From contig JBCCXL010000017.1 of the NCBI GenBank assembly GCA_039191605.1, positions 19,457-83,456 of the forward strand: a DNA stretch of 64,000 nt, given 5' to 3'. This document shows, piece after piece, positions 1 through 9,923 of the stretch. A model generated the notes under the pieces. That model did no database searches. It was not told where the DNA came from and saw only the letters and a list, made by a program, of their open reading frames with translations. Each line of letters starts with the position of its first letter. Position 1 is the first letter of the stretch. Made by a program: the position numbers and the translations under genes. This DNA is from Acidobacteriota bacterium. GTDB lineage: Bacteria; Acidobacteriota; Thermoanaerobaculia; Multivoradales; JAHZIX01.

Positions 1-569
1 CGGTCACCACGTCCATGGTCCCTCCTGGCTGCGGGTGGGCACGCCTCCGGAGGTGGCCGAAGCGCGACTTCTGTCCACTCTGGCGGCGGTTTCCAGGGGG
101 GAGGAGGGCAGCGCGACGGCGGCGGGCCTCGATTTGCGGTGGCTGCCGACGGCGGGCGTCTGGGAAGTGCTCTGGAGTGGGCGAGGCCGGAGGCAGGGCG
201 ACGAGTCGCAGGCCGATCGAGAGCCTGGGGATGCGCAACCGCCGCGACTCGTTGCCCTCAGCGGTGGGGAGTCCCAGGCGCCGGTTTGGCTGCAGGCCGG
301 AGCAGCGCTTCGGGAGGAGGGCACCTGGCGCTGGCGACTCTCGTCGCCGCCGGGGATGCCCTCCCTCGGTCCGTGGCTCGCGGTGACCCTCCACGATCCC
401 CAAGAGAGCGCCGCGGAGGCGTTGACGGCGGCGCCGCTGAGGGTGGAGTTGCGGCGAGAGGATCGGTAGACGAAAAAAGCCGCGGAGGGAGCACCTTCCG
501 CGGCGATTCGAAGCTGCCTTGCCCGGTCGGGTTCGGCAGAGAAAGCTGATCGACAGGAATCTTGAGGCT

Positions 570-3047
570 TCAGGCGATGGCGGTGAGGTTTTCCTCCACC
601 TGCTCGGCGGGGAGGGGTAGCTTCTCGGCGGCCGTCCCGGCGGGGCTCCAGAGGTCGCTCAAGAAGGCCTCCCAGGTGTGCTCGCGAGCGGTCTTGAGGC
701 CCATGCGGGAGAGCTGACGCCGCAGCTCCTGCTGTCCGGCGATGTCGCGCATCGCCTGGGTCAGTCGGTCGGGGGCGGTGACGTCGACGATCAGGCCGGC
801 GTCGTGGGGAGCGACGATCTCCCGGGGGCCGCCCTCATTGCTGACGATGACCGGGATTCCGGAGGCGCAGGCTTCCAGCACCGCGTTGCCGAAGGTGTCG
901 GTGCGGCTGGGGAAGACGAAGGCGTCGGCGCTGGCGTAGGCGCGGGCCAGCTCTTCGCCCTCCAGGGTGCCGGTGAAGAGGGTGTCCGGCCCGCTGTAGC
1001 GCTCCTTGAGCTCCTCCAGGTAGGGTCCTTCGCCGACGATGGACAGCGTGGCCGCCAGGCCTTCTTCTCGCAGCTGGCGGAAGCTCTCGAAGAGCACGTC
1101 GAGGTTCTTCTCCTTGGAGACTCGTCCGACGTTGAGGAAGCGGAAATGGCGCTCCGGCAGGCCGCGGCTACCCCAGAAGCCGGGCTCTCGGCGGCCCGGG
1201 GCGAAGAGCTCGCGGTCGACGCCGCGGGGCATGATGCGCAGCTCGGTGCCGTCGAAGCCGCGGGCGGCGAGGTCGTCGAGATAGGCCTGGCTGGGCACGT
1301 AGAGCACGTCCATGCCGTTGAAGAACCAGCGCATGAAGGCCCAGGCGCTGCGCTCCAGAGTGGCGCTTCCGGTGAGGTGCCGCACGTAGACCGGGAAGTC
1401 GGTGTGGTAGATCCCGGTGACCCGCAGGTTGAGCAGGCGGGCGGCGAGCAGGCCGGCGACGCCCACCGGACCGGGGGTGCTGAGCACCACCTCGTCGAAG
1501 GCTTTTTCCTCGCAGTGACGCACGATGTCCAGCAGCGGCGGGAAGGCCAGCTGCTGGGAGCGATATTCCGGCAGCTCGAAGGTGTCCACCGGAGTGAAGT
1601 TGAGGTGGTCGAAGCCCTCCAGCTGCTCGCCCTCAAAGCAGGAGATGACCTGCAGCTCGCGACCGGAATGACAAGCCGCGCCGGCGGCGGTGCGCACGGT
1701 GCGGGCGACGCCGTTGATCTCGGTGAGGGTGTCGGTGAACCACGCCTTGCGCTCGCTCTTGTGGCGCATCGGGGCCGCCGCCGGGAAGCGCTCGGCGATC
1801 TGCTGGATGAATTTCTCATCCTTGTGCTGGGTGATGAAGGCGGCGAGATAGGGAGTTGCCGCCAGGGCCGCCGGGGCGAGCTTCGGCAGCGACTCCAGGG
1901 CGGCGAAGAGATTGCCGGAGAGCAGGCTCTCGAGCATTCGCTGGACGGTGCGCTGACCCAGGCGGTGGGAGAGGGTAGCGGCGGAGCGGAAGCTCGCTGG
2001 CGCGGAATCTTCAGTCTCCGGCAGCGCCCGGCGTCCGGCGAGGGTGCGGGAGATCTCCTGCAGATCGCCGCGGCTGAGGATCGAGGTGACGCCGCTGGAG
2101 TGCTCGCCCCCGAGGGCCCCCACCAGGGTGGTACGAGCCAGGGAGATGATGCTCTTGGAAGGCTTGAGGGAATCTGGCACCTCACCGTCCAGCATCATGT
2201 TCAGCAGGTCTTCGAAGCGCTCGCCGCCGGTGCTCTGGGCGGCAGCGGAAGTCTGCTCGCGGCGGCGGCGGTTCCACAGTCGGCCGATGGAGGAGAAGGA
2301 GCGCCCGAGCCTCAGGCTGTCGCCGTGAACGCCGCCGGGCAGGTGGCGGCCGCGGCGCAGGTGGCCGAGGAAATCCTCCACCCGCTCGGCGTCCGGGGTC
2401 TCGGTGTAGGCGGAGGCGATGTAGAGGCCGCTATGGTCATCGCTGCCGCCGGTGAAGTGCTTGATCCACGGCCGCATCATCAGCGGCTCGAGGCCCTGGC
2501 GCTCCGCCATTACCGCGAGGTCTTCTGCGGTGAGGCTTTGGAGGATGGCCTGCACCATGGTGCAGGCCCGGGGGTCGCGGGTTCCGTTGATGCCCTCGAA
2601 GCGGTCGAAGAGCAACAAGAGCTTCTCGAAGTGATCGACGCTAAAGGCGGTATTCACCCGGAAAAGGGCGTGGGCCACCGAGTGGAGGATGCGCTCTTGC
2701 CGCAGGTAGAAGGCCAGCTGGTAGAGGTCGTTGCGCAGGGAGTCGATGATTTTGAACTGCTGCTCGGTGATGCCGATCACCAGCAGGTGGATTTGGGCCT
2801 CGTCCTGGGGAAAGGAGGCGGTGACCTCGCAGGAGATGAAGGTGCCCGGCAGATGGGCGATCTCCAGGGCGCCGTCGATGGTGTCGTGGTCACTGATGGT
2901 GACGAAGTCCATCCCGCGCTCGCGACAGGTGTGGTAGATGTGCTCCGGCTCGGTGAAGCACTCCGGGGATCCCAGCTTCTTGAGGATCCATTCGGTGGGG
3001 TTGTCGGAGTACTTGCTGTGGACGTGGAGATCCGCTCTGGCTGTCAT
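570..3047 (-). CDS. PHP-domain phosphoesterase fused to a family 1/4 (GT-B) glycosyltransferase. The start is trimmed to the internal ATG with an upstream GGAG.
   Basis: The N-terminus reads MTARADLHVHSKYSDNPTEW...DFVTISDHDTIDGALEIAH, a PHP His/Asp metal motif. The C-terminal third reads EACASGIPVIVSNEGGPREIV...GLIVD, the typical GT1/GT4 EX7E region. The longer track ORF (to 3395) adds 116 aa with no support. Confidence 0.75.
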   Translation of the reverse strand: MTARADLHVHSKYSDNPTEWILKKLGSPECFTEPEHIYHTCRERGMDFVTISDHDTIDGALEIAHLPGTFISCEVTASFPQDEAQIHLLVIGITEQQFKIIDSLRNDLYQLAFYLRQERILHSVAHALFRVNTAFSVDHFEKLLLLFDRFEGINGTRDPRACTMVQAILQSLTAEDLAVMAERQGLEPLMMRPWIKHFTGGSDDHSGLYIASAYTETPDAERVEDFLGHLRRGRHLPGGVHGDSLRLGRSFSSIGRLWNRRRREQTSAAAQSTGGERFEDLLNMMLDGEVPDSLKPSKSIISLARTTLVGALGGEHSSGVTSILSRGDLQEISRTLAGRRALPETEDSAPASFRSAATLSHRLGQRTVQRMLESLLSGNLFAALESLPKLAPAALAATPYLAAFITQHKDEKFIQQIAERFPAAAPMRHKSERKAWFTDTLTEINGVARTVRTAAGAACHSGRELQVISCFEGEQLEGFDHLNFTPVDTFELPEYRSQQLAFPPLLDIVRHCEEKAFDEVVLSTPGPVGVAGLLAARLLNLRVTGIYHTDFPVYVRHLTGSATLERSAWAFMRWFFNGMDVLYVPSQAYLDDLAARGFDGTELRIMPRGVDRELFAPGRREPGFWGSRGLPERHFRFLNVGRVSKEKNLDVLFESFRQLREEGLAATLSIVGEGPYLEELKERYSGPDTLFTGTLEGEELARAYASADAFVFPSRTDTFGNAVLEACASGIPVIVSNEGGPREIVAPHDAGLIVDVTAPDRLTQAMRDIAGQQELRRQLSRMGLKTAREHTWEAFLSDLWSPAGTAAEKLPLPAEQVEENLTAIA

Positions 3048-3594
3048 CTTGTGGTGCTCCCGGAGTTCAGCGGCGTGATCGAGTCGCGGCTCATCAGGGG
3101 CAGGAGGGCCGGTACTGAGAGAGGACCGTGCGCTCGAGATCGCTCCCTGCGAGGTGCCCTTGGAAGGGGCCGAAAAGGGGACGACAAAGAAAATGGCGAA
3201 GCCCTCTGCCGAGACTCGAACAAAGCGCTCCCGGGATAGCAGCCTAAGAACGGGAGGTGGAATGACAATGGTCGCCCGGTCACGTAGGGGCGACGAAGTC
3301 GAGCGCTTTTGCCATAGGGATTCCGGGCGTTTGGCCGCACAGTGACAGCGGAATGAACATCCTCCAGGTTCCTGCTGCGGCAAACTCAGCGTCACATCCC
3401 GGAGCTACGGTGATCCTGCACACGCCCTGACTACCGCTGCAATGGAGTGCCGAAACCGATGACCGCTACCGCAGTTTCCCCGTCGCCCTCCGCTTCTGCC
3501 GTCAACGGCTCCCGGTCCGCTGGGGCGTCTGAGGCATCCACCTTCCCTTTCTCGCTATGGCAGCCAAAACAAGACTTCAAGACAAGCATCCCGA

Positions 3595-3633
3595 GCCCAA
3601 ACAAAAACCCCGAGCCGCTGGCTCGGGGTTTTG
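3595..3633 (-). terminator. Rho-independent terminator downstream of msrA
   Basis: A GC hairpin CCCCGAGCC-GCTG-GCTCGGGG lies immediately after the msrA stop. It is followed on the minus strand by TTTTTGTTT. Confidence 0.6.
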
Positions 3634-3671
3634 CTTCAAGGGCCCGGTTTTGAACAGGCTGTAGCGGGGTT

Positions 3672-4334
3672 TCAGCCGCTGACGGCGGCGCCCAGACCCA
3701 CCGGGCAGCTCACCCCGGTTCCCCCGATACCGCAATAACCTCCGGGATTCTTCGCCAGGTATTGCTGGTGATAGGCCTCGGCAAAGTAGAGCTTGGGAGC
3801 TTTTAGGATCTCGGTGGTGATCTCGCCGTAGCCGGCGCCCTGCAGCTGCTGCTGATAGAGGTCGCGGCTGGCCTCCGCCGCCTGCTTCTGGGCCTCGGAA
3901 GTGACGTAGATGCCGGAACGGTATTGCGTGCCCTGATCGTTGCCTTGGCGCATGCCTTGGGTGGGATCGTGGCTTTCCCAGAAGCGCTGCAGCAGGCTTT
4001 CGAAGCTGAGGGTCGCCGGATCGAAGACCACCAGCACCACCTCGTTGTGGCCGGTGAGGCCGGAGCACACTTCCTCATAGGTGGGGTTGGGGGTGAGGCC
4101 GGCGGCGTAGCCCACGGCGGTGGTGAACACTCCCTCGGCTTGCCACATCACCCGCTCTGCACCCCAGAAGCAGCCCATGCCGAAGAGCACTCGCTCGGTG
4201 CCTTGGGGATAGGGAGGGGCTAAGGGGGCGTCGAGGACGTGGTGCTTCGCAGGAACCGGGATGGCGGTCTCGCGGCCAGGGAGAGCCTGATTGGCGGTAG
4301 GAAGGACGAGTTTCTTGGGTGAGGTGAAGAACAT
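3672..4334 (-). CDS. msrA: peptide methionine sulfoxide reductase MsrA
   Basis: The GMGCFWG active-site motif is followed by the conserved MsrA core ([38 protein letters not shown]). Confidence 0.92.
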   Translation of the reverse strand: MFFTSPKKLVLPTANQALPGRETAIPVPAKHHVLDAPLAPPYPQGTERVLFGMGCFWGAERVMWQAEGVFTTAVGYAAGLTPNPTYEEVCSGLTGHNEVVLVVFDPATLSFESLLQRFWESHDPTQGMRQGNDQGTQYRSGIYVTSEAQKQAAEASRDLYQQQLQGAGYGEITTEILKAPKLYFAEAYHQQYLAKNPGGYCGIGGTGVSCPVGLGAAVSG

Positions 4335-4531
4335 GGAAAGCCTCCTGGGGAATGGGGCTGATTGGGTCAGTCTAAGAGGTCAGCTGGATGTGCCCGTCCG
4401 GGGGGGGCGAGACTCGCAGGTTGCTGAGCTCAAGAAAATCGGGGCTGCTGCTGCCGGCCTGAGGCCCCTGGGGTGGGGGCTTCCCTAGGTCGGTGCTTCT
4501 CTGGAGGGTTGTGCTTCCTAAGGATTGTGCG

Positions 4532-4560
4532 TTGACGAGAGTCTGGGGATCGGTACTCTA
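4532..4560 (+). promoter_or_regulatory. candidate sigma70-like promoter (TTGACG-17-TACTCT) in the divergent msrA/CHAT intergenic region
   Basis: A -35 consensus TTGACG sits 17 nt from a weak -10, about 115 bp upstream of the CHAT gene start. This is sequence pattern only. Confidence 0.2.
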
Positions 4561-4672
4561 GGGCAGACCTAGACCTCTTTGTTTTGAGCATGAACGAGAT
4601 CGCTCGATCCATGGTTCATCGGTGGACCACAGGATCCTGGGATCCTGATCTTAGTCGAGGGAGTGTTGTCTT

Positions 4673-7600
4673 ATGTCCCGAGTCTTCCTGCGCACCCACA
4701 GCAGCTCTTTGGTGTGGGAGGTCGAGGGGGAGCATCCCCGCTCTCGCGATCTCACGCAAGAGGATACGCAGAAGCTGCGCCTGTGGATCGCCCGCTATGG
4801 GCGGCTCACGGCGAGACGCCAGGGGCTAGCGATCTCTGGCGCGGCGGCGGTCCAGCAGCTACGGGATCTCGGGCATTCCCTCTACCGCTGGCTCGACGGC
4901 TCCCAGCGCTGGCTGGAGCGGGTGCTGGCGGAGTCGATGGACCTGGATCTGGAGATCGTGGCTTCGGAAGTTCCCGAAGAGCAGGAGCTGCTGCTGCTGG
5001 ATCTTCCCTGGGAGATCCTCGCCCGGGACGGCGCGTTCCTGGCAGAGAATCCGCGGCGGCCCTTCAGCCCGGTGCGCCGGGTCGGTAGGGGAGGAGCGCC
5101 GCGGGCCCCTTCGGAGCATCGGCTGTCGATGGTCTTCATGGCCGCGGCGCCCGAAGGGCACGCGCAGCTGGACTTCGAAATCGAGGAGGCGGCGATTCTC
5201 GAAGCGGCCAGCGGCTTGGGGGCCGACCTGGCGGTGGAGGAGACCGGCAATCTGAGGCAGCTGGAGCTGCTGCTGCTGCGCCGCGGATTGCATCGGCAGT
5301 GCATCGACGTGGTGCATCTCTCCTGTCACGGTCTCGGGGGAGAGGACCCTCACCTGCTGCTGGAGGGAGAAGATGGCGCGGTTCAAAAGGCTTCTCCCCA
5401 GGAGCTTTGCACCAGCCTTCAGCCGGGACAGCTGCGGCTGATCTTCCTCTCTGCCTGCGAGACGGCGATGTCGAGCGCGCGGCCCACCTTGAGCCATGGC
5501 GCTTTTGGGTCGATGATCGCGCCGCTAATCGCCGACGGTGCCCCGGCGGTGCTGGGGTGGGGAGCCTCGGTGAGGGATCAGCAGGCCCTTCGATTCGCTT
5601 CTTGTCTCTATCAGCGGCTCTCCCGTCAGAGCACGCTGGAAGACGCGGTGGAGGACGCCAGGGCGGAGCTGATGGAGCGCTTCGGGGCCGGCAGCGATTG
5701 GCACCTGGCGCGGCTTTTTCTCGGAGCCGAGGGAGGGGGACGCCTCACCGTTGGCACTACCTCCCGGTGGTTGGGGAGGGGGGGCAGCGTAGCCGAGGCG
5801 GAACGATGGTTCGTCGGCCGCCGCCGGGAGATTCAAGAGTCGCTGCGCTACCTGGACCCCGATCGTGCCGACGGCGCTGGCGTTCTGCTCTTTGGCGCGC
5901 CGGGGATCGGCAAGTCCCGCCTCGCCCAGCGCCTCGCCCAGCGACTGGTGGGCAGTGAGCGAATGCGCCATCTATCCCTGAAGGAGGTGCAGGGGGAGGA
6001 GGATCTGCTGGCGAGACTGGCGCGCTTCGGGGGGCTCAATGTCGAAGAGGCGCTGGCGAAGCTGAACCGGCGGGAGCTCCGGCCTTCTTTGGAGCAGCGG
6101 CTGCGCAGCCTGCTGGATACTTTCTTTCATCGCGGAGATCCAGAGGCTAAACCCCTCTTGCTGGAGCTGGATGCCTTGGAGAGCTATTTGGAGCCTCAGG
6201 GTTTCGCGCCGCGGCGGGTGTTGGAGCAGCACGTAGATTGGCTCCACGATCTCATCGCCGCCTTCAGCGCCCACCGCTTGGGCAGTCGTCTGCTCTTGGT
6301 CAGTCGGCTTCAGCCGCAGCTGGAGGTTGGCAGGCGCTGTGTCTCGCAACATCTTCGCTATCTCTCGGTGCCGGCGATGAAGCCCTACGAGAGAGACAAA
6401 CTGACGCGGGCAGCGCTCGCCGCCAGCGGCGAGGATCACTCTCACTTGGCGACGGTGAAGGATTGGCGGCAGCGTTTGAATGCCGCCGCCGGTGGGCATC
6501 CCGGTCTACAGGAACTCTTGCTGCGGGCGCTCCAGGGTGCGCCTGGGGCCGAAGCTCTGGAGACCTTGGAGAGCTACCTGCAGCATCGCGAAGCTCCGCA
6601 ACAAGGTGCTGGAAGCTGGTGGCCCTATCTCGAGCAGATGGGCCTCCAGGAGCTCTACTCTCGGCTCCCTCCTGCGTCTCGTCGCCTGCTGCAGCTCCTC
6701 TCTCTTTCTCCCCTTCCGGTTCCGGCAGGGGAGCTGGTGGCGGCGGTGCGGCATGTGGGGATCTCGAACCCCGAGGAAGCGTCTCGGCCGCTGCTGGGCA
6801 GCGGCTTATTAGAGCGACTCTGGGCTCCCGGCTGGGATGGAGGCAAGGGGGCCGATGCTCTGGAGTGGTCGCCGACCCCTTGGGTGCGTCCGCTGCTGCC
6901 GAAGGCGGATGCCGATCAGGAGCGCCGATTCGCCGAGCAGCTGGGGCATCGTCTCGACCATCGGTGGTCCAATGAGCGCCCCGCATCTCGGGAGCAGAAG
7001 CAGGAGGTGGTGCGCCTCGCCGTTCTCGGGGCGGATCTCGAGCTGCTGAAGCGGCGGGGAGAAGATGAGCTGCTGCAGCTCTATTGGCAGGGGAGTTTCC
7101 GCCGAGCCCGAGATCGAGCGGAGGCGATGATCGCCGCCTTTGAACAGGCGCGACGATCGCCGCCGCCGGGGTTTCGATTGCGGCTCTCGGAAGCCCTCCA
7201 GCGTCTCGGGGAGCCGGTGGAGGCATTGCGTGCCTTCGAGCCTCTGGAGGACTCGCTATCGCGGTACCTGGTAGCAGAAGATCTAGTAGCAGAAGACCTG
7301 ACAGCAGAAGGCCCGTCGGCAGAAGACCGTTCTGCAGAAGCCCTGCCGGAAGCAGCCCGATCGGAAGCAGCTCAACTGGAACAAGCCCAACTGGAACAAG
7401 CTCAACTGGAACAAGCCCAATTGGAACAAGCCCAATTGGAACAAGACAGCGCCGGCGCGGCGCAACAGGAGGGGCTGAGGCCCGCAGATATTCCCAGCCT
7501 GCTGGTACACCTGGGCCGATTGCGCCTGCGGGCCGGTGAGCCCCAGCCTGCCCAGGAGGCCTTCGAGCGTGCGCTGAACGCCTGGGGAGCGCCGCAGGTC

Positions 7601-8482
7601 GAGGATTCCGGAGCTCGCCACGTCATCGAGGGAGAGCTCGGGCAGCTCTACCAAATCTTTGGCTGGTGGGAGCGGGCAGAGAAGATCTTCCGCCAGAAGG
7701 TGCAGGCGGCGAAGAGCAGAAAATACGGCGTCGATGTCGCCGCTGCGGGCCGGGTACAGCTGGGCCGGCTGCGGCTTCAGCGGGGAGACTTCGAGCAGGC
7801 GGAGGAGGAGCTGCTAGAGGCTCTGAGCCTGTTCCAGCGGGCCGGCCGTCGCCGCGATCTCGCGGTGGTGAGCTGGGACCTCGGAACTCTCGAGCTGTGG
7901 CGTGGGCAGGGAGAGCAGGCGCGGCGGCGCTTCGAGGCGGCTGCCCAGCATCTGAGGGAGAGCGATCGATTGGATCTCGCTCGGCTCGGCTGGCGCTGGG
8001 CTCGCTACCATCGACAATTCGGCGCCGCGGGAGAGGCCTTGGCTCAGGCGCAGGCAGCCGCTGAGGAGCTGCGCCGGCTCTACCCGCTGGAGTCCGCCCA
8101 CGCCGAGATCGAGGTCGCGCGCTGTGCCCTGAAGACATCCCGAGGGTCGTTGGGCGAGGAGGCTCTGGAGCGGGCGGAGTCGATCTTTACCTCTCACCGC
8201 GCGGCCCTCGGAGGGCTGGTGGTGCGGACAGTACGCGCGGAGCAGGCATTGCAACGCTCTCTCCGGGCGACCTCGATAGCGGAGCGAGAGATGCTGCTGA
8301 GATCCCAGCTGCTGGATCTAGCAGCTCTTTACGAGGACCTCCAAGAGCTGGGAGCTAGGGCCTATAGTGCTGCGACCCTTCGACTCTCCGCCGCGCTGCA
8401 TGCCGCCCTGGGAGAGCAGGCGAGAGCGCGAGATCTGGAGCAGCAGGCGCGTCAGGCACACCCCTCCCGAGCCGCTCCATAA
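4673..8482 (+). CDS. CHAT-domain (caspase-like peptidase) / P-loop NTPase (STAND-like) / TPR-repeat protein, 1269 aa
   Basis: CHAT His/Cys dyad context: VVHLSCHG and LIFLSACETA. Walker A: LLFGAPGIGKSRLAQRL. The C-terminal half is alpha-helical and TPR-like (EAEKIFRQKVQAA..., LGRLRLQRGDFEQAEE...). It contains an internal pentapeptide repeat block. Confidence 0.8.
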   Translation: MSRVFLRTHSSSLVWEVEGEHPRSRDLTQEDTQKLRLWIARYGRLTARRQGLAISGAAAVQQLRDLGHSLYRWLDGSQRWLERVLAESMDLDLEIVASEVPEEQELLLLDLPWEILARDGAFLAENPRRPFSPVRRVGRGGAPRAPSEHRLSMVFMAAAPEGHAQLDFEIEEAAILEAASGLGADLAVEETGNLRQLELLLLRRGLHRQCIDVVHLSCHGLGGEDPHLLLEGEDGAVQKASPQELCTSLQPGQLRLIFLSACETAMSSARPTLSHGAFGSMIAPLIADGAPAVLGWGASVRDQQALRFASCLYQRLSRQSTLEDAVEDARAELMERFGAGSDWHLARLFLGAEGGGRLTVGTTSRWLGRGGSVAEAERWFVGRRREIQESLRYLDPDRADGAGVLLFGAPGIGKSRLAQRLAQRLVGSERMRHLSLKEVQGEEDLLARLARFGGLNVEEALAKLNRRELRPSLEQRLRSLLDTFFHRGDPEAKPLLLELDALESYLEPQGFAPRRVLEQHVDWLHDLIAAFSAHRLGSRLLLVSRLQPQLEVGRRCVSQHLRYLSVPAMKPYERDKLTRAALAASGEDHSHLATVKDWRQRLNAAAGGHPGLQELLLRALQGAPGAEALETLESYLQHREAPQQGAGSWWPYLEQMGLQELYSRLPPASRRLLQLLSLSPLPVPAGELVAAVRHVGISNPEEASRPLLGSGLLERLWAPGWDGGKGADALEWSPTPWVRPLLPKADADQERRFAEQLGHRLDHRWSNERPASREQKQEVVRLAVLGADLELLKRRGEDELLQLYWQGSFRRARDRAEAMIAAFEQARRSPPPGFRLRLSEALQRLGEPVEALRAFEPLEDSLSRYLVAEDLVAEDLTAEGPSAEDRSAEALPEAARSEAAQLEQAQLEQAQLEQAQLEQAQLEQDSAGAAQQEGLRPADIPSLLVHLGRLRLRAGEPQPAQEAFERALNAWGAPQVEDSGARHVIEGELGQLYQIFGWWERAEKIFRQKVQAAKSRKYGVDVAAAGRVQLGRLRLQRGDFEQAEEELLEALSLFQRAGRRRDLAVVSWDLGTLELWRGQGEQARRRFEAAAQHLRESDRLDLARLGWRWARYHRQFGAAGEALAQAQAAAEELRRLYPLESAHAEIEVARCALKTSRGSLGEEALERAESIFTSHRAALGGLVVRTVRAEQALQRSLRATSIAEREMLLRSQLLDLAALYEDLQELGARAYSAATLRLSAALHAALGEQARARDLEQQARQAHPSRAAP
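7268..7447 (+). repeat. 15-bp tandem repeats within the CHAT gene, encoding pentapeptide repeats
   Basis: The block (VAEDL/TAEGP/SAEDR)x5 is followed by (LEQAQ)x5. The DNA reads gcagaagacctgaca... and caactggaacaagcc... Confidence 0.8.
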
Positions 8483-8590
8483 GGGGCGCAAGGGAGAGGT
8501 CCATATTGTCTGTTGGTCGGGTTCGTAGGCTGAGTTCTTCGCTGGGGCTCTTCGTTCAGAGCGCGGCGACGGAGCTCGGCAGGAAGAAAC

Positions 8591-9061
8591 TCATTTGGTC
8601 GCGGTGAAGGCGACGGCAGAGCTGAGGTTGGGAGGGTGCGGCGTGGCGAGAGGCGGAGGCGACTGGTCCGCTGGCCGCTGTAGTCGAATGAGGTGGAACC
8701 AGGCCAAGAAGGCGTCGAGCATGCGGAGAAAGACTTCGGCCTCTTCAGCGGATACCTGCTCGATTCCGAGGGCAGCGAGAACCTCACTCTGGGGCTTGCG
8801 CTTGCCTTCACCGATGGCCGAAAGATCTCGTGTCGCGCGGCCGTTGACCTCTTCCAGGGCGTTCAGCAGATCGAAGCGATCGGCTCCCATGGCGTCGAGG
8901 ATTTGGCCCACCGTCTCGAAGGTCGGCAGGGTCTTTTCGGTTTCATAGGCGCTGACCAGCGCCTTGGTCTTTCCGGCTCGTTCGGCTACGTCCTTTTGTA
9001 ACAAGTTGCGTTCGGTGCGAAGGTAGCGCAGGGCTCTGCCCAGGCCGTCGAATTCACCCAT
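8591..9061 (-). CDS. XRE-family helix-turn-helix transcriptional regulator
   Basis: The N-terminal LRYLRTERNLLQKDVAERAGKTKALVSAYETEKTLPTFETVGQIL is a classic HTH_XRE. Confidence 0.75.
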   Translation of the reverse strand: MGEFDGLGRALRYLRTERNLLQKDVAERAGKTKALVSAYETEKTLPTFETVGQILDAMGADRFDLLNALEEVNGRATRDLSAIGEGKRKPQSEVLAALGIEQVSAEEAEVFLRMLDAFLAWFHLIRLQRPADQSPPPLATPHPPNLSSAVAFTATK

Positions 9062-9234
9062 GAGTCAGGATCCGATAGTAGAGGAACGTGGGAGGGGGGA
9101 GCACTCATTGCGAATGACCATCAGATTGGATCGCTACCGATTAGCCGTAATTGACTTATGGCAGGCGTAGATTTTCTGTCCTGGAAAGTATACCGGATTT
9201 TGATTCGTCTGGCATTGAATCCTAAGAAGCAAAT

Positions 9235-9807
9235 TCATCCCTGCTCGGGAGGTACATCTTTTTCGTTGTTCGCGAGGTCCTCGAGGTCGGCGGGGGTGTA
9301 TTCCCCGGGGGGTGGGGGCGGTGCCAGGGTGTCGCTGACCTCTTGATCATCGGGAGCGGGGACGTCCCCTCCTGCGCCCGCGCCGCCTCCGCCTCGCTGT
9401 CCCGGTGCGCCGCCACCGCCCGGTGCCGAGGCTAGGGCCGGATCGTCGCCGGCTTCGTTGGCGGAGATGCCCAGCGCATCGAGAATTCGACTCGGATCAT
9501 CATCCCGGGCCTCCCGGGCCTCCGCGGCGCTGTCGTCCTCGTTGAGGCTGGGGTCGATGACGAAGTCCTCTGGATCGAAATCTGGAGACTCGTTCACCGC
9601 TTCCTGTCTCTCACCGGCCGGCGTAGCGTCGTTCACCGTCTCTTCGGCGGTGCTCCCTTCGCCCGCTGTGGATTCCACATCCTCCGCGGGAGGTGGGGAG
9701 CTACAGCCGGAGGCGAAGAGAAGCACCAGGAGAGGAGTAGCGAGGAGCGAGAGGGCGCTCAGCGGTGATCGCGGAGCGTCGAGAGGGGAGAGTTTTCGTA
9801 GCTTCAT
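9235..9807 (-). CDS. acidic low-complexity lipoprotein
   Basis: The trimmed start MKLRKL...LLVLLFASGCSS gives a lipobox signal peptide. The rest is D/E/P/G-rich and disordered. Confidence 0.5.
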   Translation of the reverse strand: MKLRKLSPLDAPRSPLSALSLLATPLLVLLFASGCSSPPPAEDVESTAGEGSTAEETVNDATPAGERQEAVNESPDFDPEDFVIDPSLNEDDSAAEAREARDDDPSRILDALGISANEAGDDPALASAPGGGGAPGQRGGGGAGAGGDVPAPDDQEVSDTLAPPPPPGEYTPADLEDLANNEKDVPPEQG

Positions 9808-9923
9808 GGGGTCGAGGGTCTCATCGCAAGGTGGGTGAGTGCTCAGGGTCACGGTGGGAATAGTGGCGAGTGGTGAAATAGCGGGGATTCGGGCCTTGAG
9901 CGAAGGTTTAGGGTGGTGGGCGA

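Noticed and set aside
35-469. Possible partial CDS at the left edge (144-aa ORF)
   Set aside because: It has no motif and Arg/Gly-rich low complexity. The minus-strand ORF 4-324 overlaps it. It cannot be distinguished from noise.
3447-3653. 68-aa Pro/Ser-rich ORF in the msrA downstream gap
   Set aside because: It overlaps the msrA terminator hairpin, and its composition is consistent with GC-bias noise.
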